The notes below the pieces were generated by a model that saw only the letters and a program-made list of their open reading frames with translations, was not told the DNA's origin and did no database searches. This document shows, piece after piece, positions 1 to 8,861 of a DNA stretch of 43,779 bases. This DNA is from a virus. Taxonomy: Duplodnaviria; Heunggongvirae; Uroviricota; Caudoviricetes. Both the position numbers and the translations under genes were made by a program. The stretch is taken from the IMG/VR virus record IMGVR_UViG_2534681654_000010; one strand, 5' to 3'. Position 1 is the stretch's first letter; each line of letters opens with the position of its first letter.

Positions 1-2
1 CT

Positions 3-113
3 ACTGATGACGGAACATCAGGTTCCCTGACGGAATCGAACTCCGCTGGAACAATTATTCAGGCGACTTCATGTCGCACATTTGATCACCAGTATGGTGG
101 CCAGTGGCTATGA
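3..113 (+). CDS. U: tail protein U-like, C-terminal fragment (5' end outside window)
   Basis: Frame open from the window edge to TGA at 111-113 (…GGQWL*), directly upstream of V as in the lambda tail operon. Confidence 0.5.
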   Translation, partial: TDDGTSGSLTESNSAGTIIQATSCRTFDHQYGGQWL

Positions 114-193
114 CTACCGGCGCGACGATGATGCGGGCCTGTGGAGTTCAGCCGATCTGACTTATGTCATTACCTATGAAATGTGAGGACGAT

Positions 194-934
194 ATGCCAA
201 CACCAAATCCTCTGGCACCGGTGAAAGGGGCCGGGACCACACTGTGGGTTTATAACGGGAACGGCGACCCATATGCAAACCCGCTTTCAGACAATGACTG
301 GTCGCGTCTGGCAAAGGTTAAAGACCTGACGCCCGGCGAACTGACCGCTGAGTCCTATGACGACAGTTATCTCGATGATGAAGATGCGGACTGGGCCGCG
401 ACCGGACAGGGGCAGAAATCCGCTGGAGATACCAGCTTCACGCTGGCGTGGATGCCCGGAGAGCAGGGGCAGCAGGCGCTGCTGGCGTGGTTTAATGAAG
501 GTGATACCCGTGCCTATAAAATCCGCTTCCCGAACGGCACGGTCGATGTGTTCCGCGGCTGGGTCAGCAGTATCGGTAAGGCGGTGACGGCGAAGGAAGT
601 GATCACCCGCACGGTGAAAGTCACCAACGTGGGACGTCCGTCGATGGCAGAAGATCGCAGCACGGTAACAGCGGCAACCGGCATGACCGTGACGCCTGCC
701 AGCACCTCGGTGGTGAAAGGGCAGAGCACGACGCTGACCGTGGCATTCCAGCCGGAAGGCGCAACCGACAAGAGCTTCCGTGCGGTGTCTGCGGATAAAA
801 CAAAAGCCACCGTGTCGGTCAGTGGTATGACCATCACCGTGAAAGGTGTTGCTGCAGGCAAGGTCAACATTCCGGTCGTATCCGGTAATGGTGAGTTTGC
901 TGCGGTTGCAGAAATCAACGTCACCGCCAGTTAA
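194..934 (+). CDS. V: major tail (tube) protein V with C-terminal Ig-like domain
   Basis: Translation [20 protein letters not shown]… is near-identical to my recollection of lambda gpV. GAGGA RBS precedes the ATG at 194, so the internal start is chosen over the track start at 164. Confidence 0.9.
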   Translation: MPTPNPLAPVKGAGTTLWVYNGNGDPYANPLSDNDWSRLAKVKDLTPGELTAESYDDSYLDDEDADWAATGQGQKSAGDTSFTLAWMPGEQGQQALLAWFNEGDTRAYKIRFPNGTVDVFRGWVSSIGKAVTAKEVITRTVKVTNVGRPSMAEDRSTVTAATGMTVTPASTSVVKGQSTTLTVAFQPEGATDKSFRAVSADKTKATVSVSGMTITVKGVAAGKVNIPVVSGNGEFAAVAEINVTAS

Positions 935-949
935 TCCGGAGAATCAGCG

Positions 950-1372
950 ATGTTCCTGAAAACCGAATCATTTGAACATAACGGCGTGACCGTCACGCTT
1001 TCTGAACTGTCAGCCCTGCAGCGTATTGAGCATCTCGCCCTGATGAAACGGCAGGCAGAACAGGCGGAGTCAGACAGCAACCGGAAGTTTACTGTGGAAG
1101 ACGCCATCAGAACCGGCGCTTTTGTGGTGGCGATGTCCCTGTGGCATAACCATCCGAAGAAGACGCAGATGCCGTCCATGAATGAAGCCGTTAAACAGAT
1201 TGAGCAGGAAGTGCTTACCACCTGGCCCGCGGAGGCAATTTCTCATGCTGAAAACGTGGTGTACCGGCTGTCCGGTATGTATGAGTTTGTGGTGAATGAT
1301 GCCCCTGAACAGGCAGAGGACGCCGGGCCTGCAGAGCCTGTTTCTGCGGGAAAGTGTTCGACGGTGAGCTGA
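950..1372 (+). CDS. G: tail assembly chaperone G
   Basis: 140-aa product MFLKTESFEHNGVTVTLSELSALQRIEHLALMKRQ… matches lambda gpG; lies between V and the T frame. Confidence 0.9.
   Translation: MFLKTESFEHNGVTVTLSELSALQRIEHLALMKRQAEQAESDSNRKFTVEDAIRTGAFVVAMSLWHNHPKKTQMPSMNEAVKQIEQEVLTTWPAEAISHAENVVYRLSGMYEFVVNDAPEQAEDAGPAEPVSAGKCSTVS
1348..1354 (+). promoter_or_regulatory. programmed -1 ribosomal frameshift slippery heptamer G GGA AAG (G to G-T)
   Basis: GGGAAAG sits in the G zero frame (gcG GGA AAG); the -1 frame continues as the T ORF through 1788. Confidence 0.7.
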
Positions 1373-1788
1373 GTTTTGCCCTGAAACTGGCGCGCGAGAT
1401 GGGGCGACCCGACTGGCGTGCCATGCTTGCCGGGATGTCATCCACGGAGTATGCCGACTGGCACCGCTTTTACAGTACCCATTATTTTCATGATGTTCTG
1501 CTGGATATGCACTTTTCCGGGCTGACGTACACCGTGCTCAGCCTGTTTTTCAGCGATCCGGATATGCATCCGCTGGATTTCAGTCTGCTGAACCGGCGTG
1601 AGGCTGACGAAGAGCCTGAAGATGATGTGCTGATGCAGAAAGCGGCAGGGCTTGCTGGAGGCGTTCGTTTTGGCCCGGACGGGAATGAAGTTATCCCCGC
1701 TTCCCCGGATGTGGCGGACATGACGGAGGATGACGTAATGCTGATGACAGTATCAGAAGGGATCGCAGGAGGAGTCCGGTATGGCTGA
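1354..1788 (+). CDS. T: tail assembly protein T frame, expressed as G-T fusion by -1 frameshift
   Basis: ORF in the -1 frame relative to G, overlapping the G 3' end; product …GELSFALKLAREMGRPDWRAMLAGMSSTEYADWHRFY… matches lambda gpT. Confidence 0.8.
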   Translation: MFDGELSFALKLAREMGRPDWRAMLAGMSSTEYADWHRFYSTHYFHDVLLDMHFSGLTYTVLSLFFSDPDMHPLDFSLLNRREADEEPEDDVLMQKAAGLAGGVRFGPDGNEVIPASPDVADMTEDDVMLMTVSEGIAGGVRYG

Positions 1789-2854
1789 ACCGGTAGGCGA
1801 TCTGGTCGTTGATTTAAGTCTGGATGCGGCCAGATTTGACGAGCAGATGGCCAGAGTCAGGCGTCATTTTTCCGGTACGGAAAGTGATGCGAAAAAAACA
1901 GCGGCAGTCGTTGAACAGTCGATGAGCCGGCAGGCGCTGGCTGCACAGAAAGCGGGAATTTCCGTCGGGCAGTATAAAGCCGCCATGCGTATGCTGCCTG
2001 CGCAGTTCACTGACGTGGCCACGCAGCTTGCAGGTGGGCAAAGTCCGTGGCTGATCCTGCTGCAACAGGGGGGGCAGGTGAAGGACTCCTTCGGCGGGAT
2101 GATCCCCATGTTCCGGGGGCTTGCCGGTGCGATCACCCTGCCGATGGTGGGGGCCACCTCGCTGGCGGTGGCGACCGGTGCGCTGGCGTATGCCTGGTAT
2201 CAGGGCAACTCAACCCTGTCCGATTTCAACAAAACGCTGGTCCTTTCCGGCAATCAGGCCGGGCTGACGGCAGATCGTATGCTGGTCCTGTCCAGAGCCG
2301 GGCAGGCGGCAGGGCTGACGTTTAACCAGACCAGCGAGTCACTCAGCGCACTGGTTAAGGCGGGGGTAAGCGGTGAGGCTCAGATTGCGTCCATCAGCCA
2401 GAGTGTGGCGCGTTTCTCCTCTGCATCAGGCGTGGAGGTGGACAAGGTCGCTGAAGCCTTCGGGAAGCTGACCACTGACCCGACGTCGGGGCTGACAGCG
2501 ATGGCGCGCCAGTTCCATAACGTGACGGCGGAGCAGATTGCGTATGTTGCTCAGTTGCAGCGTTCCGGCGAAGAAGCCGGGGCATTGCAGGCGGCGAACG
2601 AGGCCGCGACGAAAGGGTTTGATGACCAGACCCGCCGCCTGAAAGAGAACATGGGCACGCTGGAAACCTGGGCAGACAGGACAGCACGGGCATTCAAATC
2701 CATGTGGGATGCGGTGCTGGATATTGGTCGTCCTGATACCGCGCAGGAGATGCTGATTAAGGCAGAGGCCGCGTTTAAGAAAGCGGACGATATCTGGAAT
2801 CTGCGCAAGGATGATTATTTTGTTAACGATGAAGCGCGGGCGCGTTACTGGGAT
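1781..2854 (+). pseudogene. H: tape measure protein H, N-terminal fragment (codons 1-358), disrupted by insertion
   Basis: MAEPVGDLVVDLSLDAARFDEQ…DEARARYWD matches the lambda gpH N-terminus; after codon D (2852-2854) the frame reads 7 unrelated codons (IARRFF*) into the inserted element and stops at 2875. Confidence 0.9.
2850..2854. repeat. target-site duplication GGGAT, left copy
   Basis: GGGAT ends the H-homologous left flank; the identical pentamer begins the H-homologous right flank at 41610-41614. Joining the flanks with one copy restores …tac tgg gat gat cgt… (YWDDR). Confidence 0.8.
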
Positions 2855-2936
2855 ATAGCGCGGCGATTTTTTTGATACCGATTTGCATTTCATTTGATAC
2901 CGCTGAAAAACGCCGATACGCAACTTATTTGATACT
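2855..2936. repeat. element end (Mu right-end equivalent) with three TTTGATAC(C) transposase-binding-like repeats
   Basis: TTTGATAC at about 2871-2879, 2893-2901 and 2928-2936; reverse complements (GGTATCAAA) recur at the other end. Confidence 0.6.
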
Positions 2937-2981
2937 AAATCGGCGCTTTTCTTTTGAGTTTTAGAATGAGTTTTTAAGCGC

Positions 2982-3719
2982 TCATTCACTCTCTTTCAAA
3001 CCAGTTTTAACTGTTTGTGGTTTTGGGTAAGGCTGGACTTTGAATAGCTTTGTGTTGAGGCGTTTTCTGGCCCTCTTGTTCAGAAACCGGATGTAACGAA
3101 ACTGTCGGAACTTATGAACACTGGCTCTGTCAATATTAGCCCTCAGATGTTCACCTCGTTGTCCGCCTCGTTTAATGGCATTCCTGCAAATCTCGTGATA
3201 CCACTCGCCATCAAGTTCATAGAATATTGATTCATGGCTGCCTACATAATCAAAATTGCTTGCCTGATACACGACACCAAGACAGCCACAACGCTCATCT
3301 GCAAACGACTGAACCCACTGTACCTGCGGATAAAGCTGCCTGATTAGCTTGAGCGCGTAACTGATTGCCCTTGATTCGGAGTTTCTCGGCATACAGTCAT
3401 GCAGCCATAGCCGGTTAAGCTCCATATATTCTCGGTTCTGCGTACCCGTTACGACGCGTGCACCACTGTTTGGGTTAAGGGCGTAACCCCATTGCATTAC
3501 GCCAACAAGTTCCCGTTCTGAAAATATGCCCAGATGAAGGTAGGAGTTATTTACGAAACGGTGGCTGTAATGTTTATTGACGATGACCAGTCTGGCCAGC
3601 CAGCAACTTATTGTCTCAACCCGCAACTCACGGGAGCCATAACCAACGATATTGTCGTTATAGCGAATAAGTTCAGGCGTGCTGATGATTCGGGATGTGA
3701 CTTGCTTTCTGTTCCCCAC
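2982..3719 (-). CDS. mom: DNA modification protein Mom (adenine modification, anti-restriction)
   Basis: Product …[59 protein letters not shown]… matches my recollection of Mu Mom; last gene before the element end; 5' end overlaps com. Exact start codon uncertain. Confidence 0.8.
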   Translation of the reverse strand: MGNRKQVTSRIISTPELIRYNDNIVGYGSRELRVETISCWLARLVIVNKHYSHRFVNNSYLHLGIFSERELVGVMQWGYALNPNSGARVVTGTQNREYMELNRLWLHDCMPRNSESRAISYALKLIRQLYPQVQWVQSFADERCGCLGVVYQASNFDYVGSHESIFYELDGEWYHEICRNAIKRGGQRGEHLRANIDRASVHKFRQFRYIRFLNKRARKRLNTKLFKVQPYPKPQTVKTGLKESE

Positions 3720-3873
3720 GACAGGATTTCCTTGTGTATGTGGGGTGCTCTGTGGCGCTCGGAGATGTGATTTGATTGAGGGTTTTACAGCGCGGACATT
3801 TTACTTCCAGATAACTGAAACTGGCCCGTGCCAGTAGCTTATTGCAGTGTCGGCACCGTATGTTTCGATACAT
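3673..3873 (-). CDS. com: Com zinc-finger translational activator of mom
   Basis: [14 protein letters not shown]…CPRCK… has the CxxC…CxxC zinc ribbon and resembles Mu Com; AGGAGG RBS upstream of the ATG at 3873; 3' end overlaps mom. Confidence 0.75.
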   Translation of the reverse strand: MYRNIRCRHCNKLLARASFSYLEVKCPRCKTLNQITSPSATEHPTYTRKSCRGEQKASHIPNHQHA

Positions 3874-3960
3874 GACCGCATAACCTCCTGCTTTGTTGTT
3901 GATGCCTTTCTCATGCAATCGATCGACAAAAACGATCGATTCGATTTGTTTAATTGATAC
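3874..3960 (-). promoter_or_regulatory. putative mom promoter/operator region with clustered Dam GATC sites
   Basis: GATC at about 3921-3924 and 3934-3937 (two more near 4044-4059) just upstream of com, followed by an AT-rich tract; Mu mom expression is Dam-methylation dependent. Confidence 0.4.
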
Positions 3961-4284
3961 AACAAATAGATTGAAAAGTCATCAACAATGATTCAGGGAG
4001 GTGATTATTTACTTAAAGAAAACGAAGAGTTAGGTGGTGAAAACGATCATAAAATGATCATTTTATTGACTTTTTATACAGTGAAGGTAGGATCACGCGT
4101 ATATGTAGTATGTTTCAAATCAACAGGATACTACATAAAAGTGAAACCCAGCATAGCTGGAACTATGCTGGGTCAATCTGTAAAAACTTGCATCAATGCT
4201 TTACTTCGAGCTCGTGGCGTATCCTATGATATTCCCCGGTCTCCTGTAAAGCAGAGATGCATAAAAAGGAGATCTTTATCATGG

Positions 4285-4452
4285 ATGAAAGAGCCTGTTT
4301 GCCCTGCCTGTAAGACTCCCTTACAGCTCATCTATCGCCGTTCTCGATCTCAAAATGGCAAGACATACAAACCCAAAAATGCTTCCTGTTTCAGGATGCT
4401 GATATGTCCTGCCTGTTCTCCCAGGAGGGAAAATACACAAAACGTGCATTAA
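4285..4452 (+). CDS. hypothetical small zinc-ribbon protein (CPAC…CPAC), speculative
   Basis: 55-codon frame MKEPVCPACKTPLQ…CFRMLICPACSPRR… with two CPxC motifs; AAAAAGGAGA lies upstream but is better spaced for a 10-codon ORF at 4281; AT-rich context. Confidence 0.3.
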   Translation: MKEPVCPACKTPLQLIYRRSRSQNGKTYKPKNASCFRMLICPACSPRRENTQNVH

Positions 4453-4461
4453 CAAACTCAC

Positions 4462-4481
4462 CCGGCAGGGAAACCTGCCGG
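4462..4481. terminator. perfect 8-bp stem / GAAA-loop hairpin between convergent ORFs
   Basis: CCGGCAGG-GAAA-CCTGCCGG between the plus-strand ORF ending 4452 and the minus-strand ORF ending 4491; no strong U-tract on either side. Confidence 0.4.
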
Positions 4482-4490
4482 TCGGTATTG

Positions 4491-4736
4491 TTACATCATA
4501 GTACCGTCAGTTCCGGGCTGAACCGGCTCTGGTTGCTCTACGGGTTGAGGATCATTTTCCGTGCTGTTTTCAGCCGGAGAACGGCCAACCATTCGGGCCA
4601 GCACTTCATCAACATATGCGTCGATTTGTGCCTCAAAATCCTTGCGAACCTGCGCCTTCAGCACGCGGTTCACTTCTTCAGAATAAAGTGCCTGTTTGAC
4701 AAGCTCTTCAGTAACCGTGCCTTTAATCTCTGGCAT
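4491..4736 (-). CDS. hypothetical 81-aa acidic protein
   Basis: ATG preceded by AAAGGAGA RBS; no family recognised. Confidence 0.5.
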   Translation of the reverse strand: MPEIKGTVTEELVKQALYSEEVNRVLKAQVRKDFEAQIDAYVDEVLARMVGRSPAENSTENDPQPVEQPEPVQPGTDGTMM

Positions 4737-4771
4737 GAATATTCTCCTTTTGCAGGTATATTGCCCCGTTA

Positions 4772-4954
4772 TCAGAGCGGGGTCGGGTCGTTTGGGGATG
4801 ACGGTGCCTGTGCTGTTTTACTGAGTTTTTCAGCTGCCGCATCATCAATTTTACGGCGAATATAATTTCTGATGACCTTATAACCACCGCTCACCAGATA
4901 TAACGCACTGACCACAGCGCAGAAATAAAGCAGCATTGTATGAACGAATGTCAT
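4772..4954 (-). CDS. hypothetical 60-aa single-pass membrane protein
   Basis: ATG preceded by AAGGTAAGG RBS; hydrophobic N-terminal helix (MLLYFCAVVSALYLVSGG) then a charged tail. Confidence 0.5.
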   Translation of the reverse strand: MTFVHTMLLYFCAVVSALYLVSGGYKVIRNYIRRKIDDAAAEKLSKTAQAPSSPNDPTPL

Positions 4955-5100
4955 ATAACCTTACCTTTGATATTGACTACATAATTCGTTATCGGGTAAA
5001 AACATCGAAGCGACTGATAACCACTCCTTCGGGAGTATTTTTATTTTCCTTTATGGGTTAGGTAGCTCCCGCCAGCCATATCATGACCGGCGGGATTTTT

Positions 5101-7140
5101 TTATTCTGTTACCGCTTTTTTCACTTCCACCACAATGCTGTCAATCAGCACCGGGTAAGTTGCATTTTTTGTGATATCCGTTACGCGGAGTTTGTCCACC
5201 GGGAAAGTTCCTACTGGTGACTGCGTCAGGGTAAACGCGGCACCATCCTGACCATCAATAACCGGAATAACCTGAAGGCTGTTATTTCCTGCAAAACGGA
5301 AGGCCAGCGTATGCCATTCATTATCAAATGCACCAAAGGTTCCCAGTTTCTGGTTATTTGTTGCCACTTTTGCATTGTGGTACATCACATTCAGGTCTTT
5401 TGCGTCTGTCTGGATGTAGAACGATGCCAGCAGATTATTCCCTGCATCCCCTGTCAGGGTGACACCCTGCGGCAGAGAGGAAACCGGCCAGTAAAGCCCC
5501 ATGACATACTGGTTTGCCACCAGGTCGCCAGGTACTTTAAAACGACAACTGATTAAACCACCATTTTTCAGCAGTTCAGCACCAGTACCGGCATCATGAT
5601 CCAGATACCAGGATGATTTACCTGTTTCCTTGGTCAGTTTCATTGCCTTACCACCTGTGCCTCCTGCATCACTGATAATTTCAGCTTTACCGCCAGCCGG
5701 CTCCCAGCCCTGGGCTTTCAGATTTCCTTCTGACTCACTGACACGATAAGACAGCAGTGTTGTGGTTACTGCTTCAGTTTCTGAAGGTGACGGCACTGGT
5801 GCTTCAGTTTCAGAAGATGGAACATCGGCTTTTACTGTGGTTCGCCCCGCATGAGTCAGAACTGCCGTGGCCAGACGGTCGGAAATAATCCCACGACGTG
5901 CCCATGAACTGAAATGGCTGGCCCGGTCCGCAGATGTCCAGGTGGCGGCACTGTTACGCCACGTTGAGCCGTAATAACCAATGGATTCAATATCCGGGTC
6001 TTCTGCCGGATTGTTGGTGGGTACATTCGCGTCATTTTCATCTGTCATTAATGGAACGAAATGAATGTTTTTATCTGTTTTGTTTTTGTAGCCGCCATAG
6101 ATTGCCTGGTATGCCGGTTCATTTTTCTGTTTCCAGAAATACGTGGTATCGCCACAAATCCACGGAACGCCAGCAGCACTGCCACCGGTACACTGTTCCG
6201 CCTGTTCAGCCAGGTCTGCGCGGAATTTTTCCACCATCGCCAGAAACAGCGCGGAATGCTCCGTCGGCTTCGCATCAATATCAAACTCGCCCTGCATCCA
6301 CACCACAGCAAGCAGGCGGTTTTTCGGGTTCTTCGCCAGTGCCGCTTTTGTCCGGCTGATTAAGTCCTTATACAGCGGCTTATCCACACCCCAGCGGGCT
6401 GAGTCCTCTGAAGCACCCGTGCTGTCACTGTACGTGCCGTCAGCACCCGCCGTGAATGCAGAACCACCACGGCAGCAGGGAACCAGCAGAATCCCCGCAT
6501 CTGCCGGAATAAACGGCAGCAGTTTTTTGGCAATGTGAAGCCCCTGACCCACGGTGCCATATTGCCCTTTAGCCACATCCGCTTTCGGGTGATTTTTTCC
6601 ACTCATATCCTGCACATCATGCAGACAGTGGTCGGCCAGAATGATGTCGTTATACTGACAGGCTTTACCTCCCGGCGTGACTGTACTGCGACGGGCTAAC
6701 TGCATAATACGCGGTTCGGGGCGGTCATATGTCTCCGGCAGTGGCAGACCTTCACCGTAAGCCATACCGTTTGACTGACCAGCAAGAACCACCACGTAAT
6801 ACCAGGAAGGGGAGCTGGAAGCAGTTTCATTTCCTGACGGACGGGTATGTGTTTCAGCATTATCCCAGTCTGACGGTTCAGCAGTACCGGCAACATCAGC
6901 ACTTAACGGAATGACCGCACCAATACCCGCTCCGGTAATTTCCACACTCGGATCACCGGATACTGGCCTTACCCACAGGCAATCCCGTGTATTAAAACTG
7001 ATGAGACAGTCAGCAAATGTCATTCCTCCTTTTGTTTCGGCCGGAGGAAAGGGAGCCTCAAGAAATGCCGCTGTACCACCGGAAACTTTAACAGTAAAGT
7101 TTCCGGGCATTGATGATAGTTGAACCCATTTGGACGTCAT
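5101..7140 (-). CDS. SGNH/SASA-family esterase, NanS-p-like (putative sialate O-acetylesterase) with C-terminal lectin-like domain
   Basis: 679 aa; GQSN serine motif in YYVVVLAGQSNGMAYGEG and overall resemblance to prophage-encoded NanS-p esterases of E. coli; lies between gin and com-mom. Confidence 0.6.
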   Translation of the reverse strand: MTSKWVQLSSMPGNFTVKVSGGTAAFLEAPFPPAETKGGMTFADCLISFNTRDCLWVRPVSGDPSVEITGAGIGAVIPLSADVAGTAEPSDWDNAETHTRPSGNETASSSPSWYYVVVLAGQSNGMAYGEGLPLPETYDRPEPRIMQLARRSTVTPGGKACQYNDIILADHCLHDVQDMSGKNHPKADVAKGQYGTVGQGLHIAKKLLPFIPADAGILLVPCCRGGSAFTAGADGTYSDSTGASEDSARWGVDKPLYKDLISRTKAALAKNPKNRLLAVVWMQGEFDIDAKPTEHSALFLAMVEKFRADLAEQAEQCTGGSAAGVPWICGDTTYFWKQKNEPAYQAIYGGYKNKTDKNIHFVPLMTDENDANVPTNNPAEDPDIESIGYYGSTWRNSAATWTSADRASHFSSWARRGIISDRLATAVLTHAGRTTVKADVPSSETEAPVPSPSETEAVTTTLLSYRVSESEGNLKAQGWEPAGGKAEIISDAGGTGGKAMKLTKETGKSSWYLDHDAGTGAELLKNGGLISCRFKVPGDLVANQYVMGLYWPVSSLPQGVTLTGDAGNNLLASFYIQTDAKDLNVMYHNAKVATNNQKLGTFGAFDNEWHTLAFRFAGNNSLQVIPVIDGQDGAAFTLTQSPVGTFPVDKLRVTDITKNATYPVLIDSIVVEVKKAVTE

Positions 7141-7239
7141 AATAATCAGCCTGTTCCTGAATAAACTGAATTATCATATCCACAGACCGATAAACGCCAT
7201 TTTGCGTTAATTCAGTAAAGGCCCAACAAAGAGAGCGTC

Positions 7240-7800
7240 TTATTTTTCCGAAACGCTCGCAGGATAATAACGATAAAGGGTTGAAAGGCCGATATCAAAA
7301 ATAAGTGCCACCTGTCTTCGACTGACACCCCCGGCCAGTAAACGCCCGACCTGCTCGTATTGTTCCTGCGTGAGACGACGGGGTCTGCCGCCGGTTCGTC
7401 CCCTTTCACGGGCAGCTGCAAGACCAGCCCGTGTCCGTTCGACAATTAATTCACGCTCCATTTCTGCCAGCGCACCCATTATGTGAAAAAAGAAGCGCCC
7501 CATGGGGGGTGACGTATCAATGTTGTCAGTAAGACTACGAAAATTTATCCCCTGTTGCTGTAATTCATCTGTCAGCGCAACAAGGTGGCGCATACTGCGC
7601 CCCAGCCTGTCCAGTTTCCAGACCATCAGTGTGTCACCGGGTTTTAGTTTCTTCAGTGCCCGCTTCAGTCCCGGCCGCTGTGTCGTTTTACCACTCATTT
7701 TATCTTCAAAAATCTGCTCACATCCTGCACATTCCAGCGCATTTCTTTGTAAACCTGTGTTCTGGTCATTTGTTGATACGCGTATATAGCCAATCAGCAT
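7240..7800 (-). CDS. gin: Gin-type serine recombinase (DNA invertase)
   Basis: MLIGYIRVSTNDQNTGLQRNALECAGCEQIFEDKMSG… is a typical Gin/Hin/Pin/Cin resolvase-family invertase with C-terminal HTH; adjacent to the invertible tail-fibre segment. Confidence 0.9.
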   Translation of the reverse strand: MLIGYIRVSTNDQNTGLQRNALECAGCEQIFEDKMSGKTTQRPGLKRALKKLKPGDTLMVWKLDRLGRSMRHLVALTDELQQQGINFRSLTDNIDTSPPMGRFFFHIMGALAEMERELIVERTRAGLAAARERGRTGGRPRRLTQEQYEQVGRLLAGGVSRRQVALIFDIGLSTLYRYYPASVSEK

Positions 7801-7854
7801 GTATTTACCTTCCTTAAAAAGAGGTGGAAAGGCCTTTTAAAGCAGATATACGGC

Positions 7855-7880
7855 ATCCCTGAAACCTTCGGTTTACGGGA
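7855..7880. repeat. gix-like recombination site (gin-proximal), at the outer edge of a ~170-bp imperfect inverted repeat
   Basis: Reverse complement reads TCCCGTAAACCGAAGGTTTCAGGGAT, resembling Gin/Hin/Cin crossover sites; the half-site TCCCGTAAACC is shared with the site at 9231-9256. Inverted homology (~80%) extends from about 7873 to 8040. Confidence 0.55.
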
Positions 7881-8226
7881 TACTGTAAACAGGGCCGCGA
7901 ATGCCCTGCCATCGAACGGAGCGGCTGTTGCAGCGAATAAACTCGCCACTCCAAGAAATATTAATGGTGTCCCATTTGACGGAACGCAGGATATAAATAT
8001 TACATCGGGGATGACGCAGTCTGTGGCTGACTCACGTTATGTTCAAAGCATTCGAAGAGGTTCAAGGTCAACGATTGGAATGCAATATAATATTTTTGAG
8101 GTTCCTGACGGATGCGTACTTACAGGGCTTGATGTCGCTGGTGATGGTAATGCAACGGTAACCGCATATTATCGACCTGTTCAGTTTCTGATAGATGGTT
8201 CGTGGAAAACAGCTTCCAGCGCATAA
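7861..8226 (+). other. silent alternative tail-fibre C-terminal cassette (S'v), no start codon of its own in this orientation
   Basis: Frame open from 7777 to 8226; encodes …ALPSNGAAVAANKLATPRNINGVPFDGTQDINITSGMTQSVADSRYVQ… homologous to the C-terminal region of the expressed fibre gene on the opposite strand, then a different tip (…YYRPVQFLIDGSWKTASSA). Confidence 0.65.
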
Positions 8227-8305
8227 AAGTGCAGTAGTTCAAAAAACAGATTATCTGAATAAATATATGATGATTTTGTCTTTTCAACAAAAACAAGGTG
8301 AAATA

Positions 8306-8827
8306 ATGGAGCTTATTAACGTAAAACGATATTACCCGGAACACAAACCCTATGGTGAGGATGTTCAGTATTTCCAGAGTGAGGACGGAAGGGATTTTTA
8401 TGAATCTATCCCGCTTTTCACAAAGAAATACAAACTCTGTATTTCGCCTGTAACGGGTATTATCTGCTCTGTTGCTGAAGATGTCTCTGCTTTATATCCG
8501 GCAGGTTTTACTGTTGTTGAAGTGGACGAACTGCCGGAAGGTGTGAATATTGACGGTAACTGGCAGTTTTCTGATGGCCTGATATCAAAGGTGCCGGTAA
8601 ACTGGAAGACGGTTGCTGAAAAGCGCCGCTCATCGCTGCTCCAGGAAGCCAACGAAACTGTGGATGACTGGAAAACGGAATTAAAACTGGACATGATTAG
8701 CGATGAAAATAAATTACAGCTGACGCGCTGGATGGCGTATATCCGACAGCTTAAAGAAATGCACTTTAATGATATTGCCAGTGAGGGGCATTACCAGGCG
8801 ATTCCCTGGCCGGAAAAACCGGAATAA
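8306..8827 (+). CDS. tail fibre assembly chaperone (U'/Tfa-like), inside the invertible segment
   Basis: 174-aa product MELINVKRYYPEHKPYGEDVQYF… with a Tfa-type C-terminus; follows the S'v cassette on the same strand; AT-rich. Confidence 0.7.
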   Translation: MELINVKRYYPEHKPYGEDVQYFQSEDGRDFYESIPLFTKKYKLCISPVTGIICSVAEDVSALYPAGFTVVEVDELPEGVNIDGNWQFSDGLISKVPVNWKTVAEKRRSSLLQEANETVDDWKTELKLDMISDENKLQLTRWMAYIRQLKEMHFNDIASEGHYQAIPWPEKPE

Positions 8828-8861
8828 TTCAGAGGGTGCATTCAGCACCCTTTTCTGTGGT

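Noticed and set aside
164-193. Upstream extension of the V ORF (start at 164)
   Set aside because: The lambda-like gpV N-terminus aligns with the ATG at 194, which has a GAGGA RBS; the extra 10 codons are unlikely to be translated.
2855-2875. The last 7 codons of the 1781-2875 ORF as native H sequence
   Set aside because: These codons (IARRFF*) are read-through into the inserted element end, not part of the original tape measure gene.
3988-4452. Full-length 154-aa plus-strand ORF upstream of com
   Set aside because: The 5' two-thirds lie in very AT-rich probable mom-promoter DNA with no RBS. Only the 3' zinc-ribbon portion (4285-4452) is kept, as a low-confidence candidate.
5067-5100. Hairpin plus T-run just downstream of the esterase gene as a terminator
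   Set aside because: The T-run follows the stem only on the plus strand while the adjacent genes are on the minus strand; the stem has a mismatch and a large loop; left unannotated.
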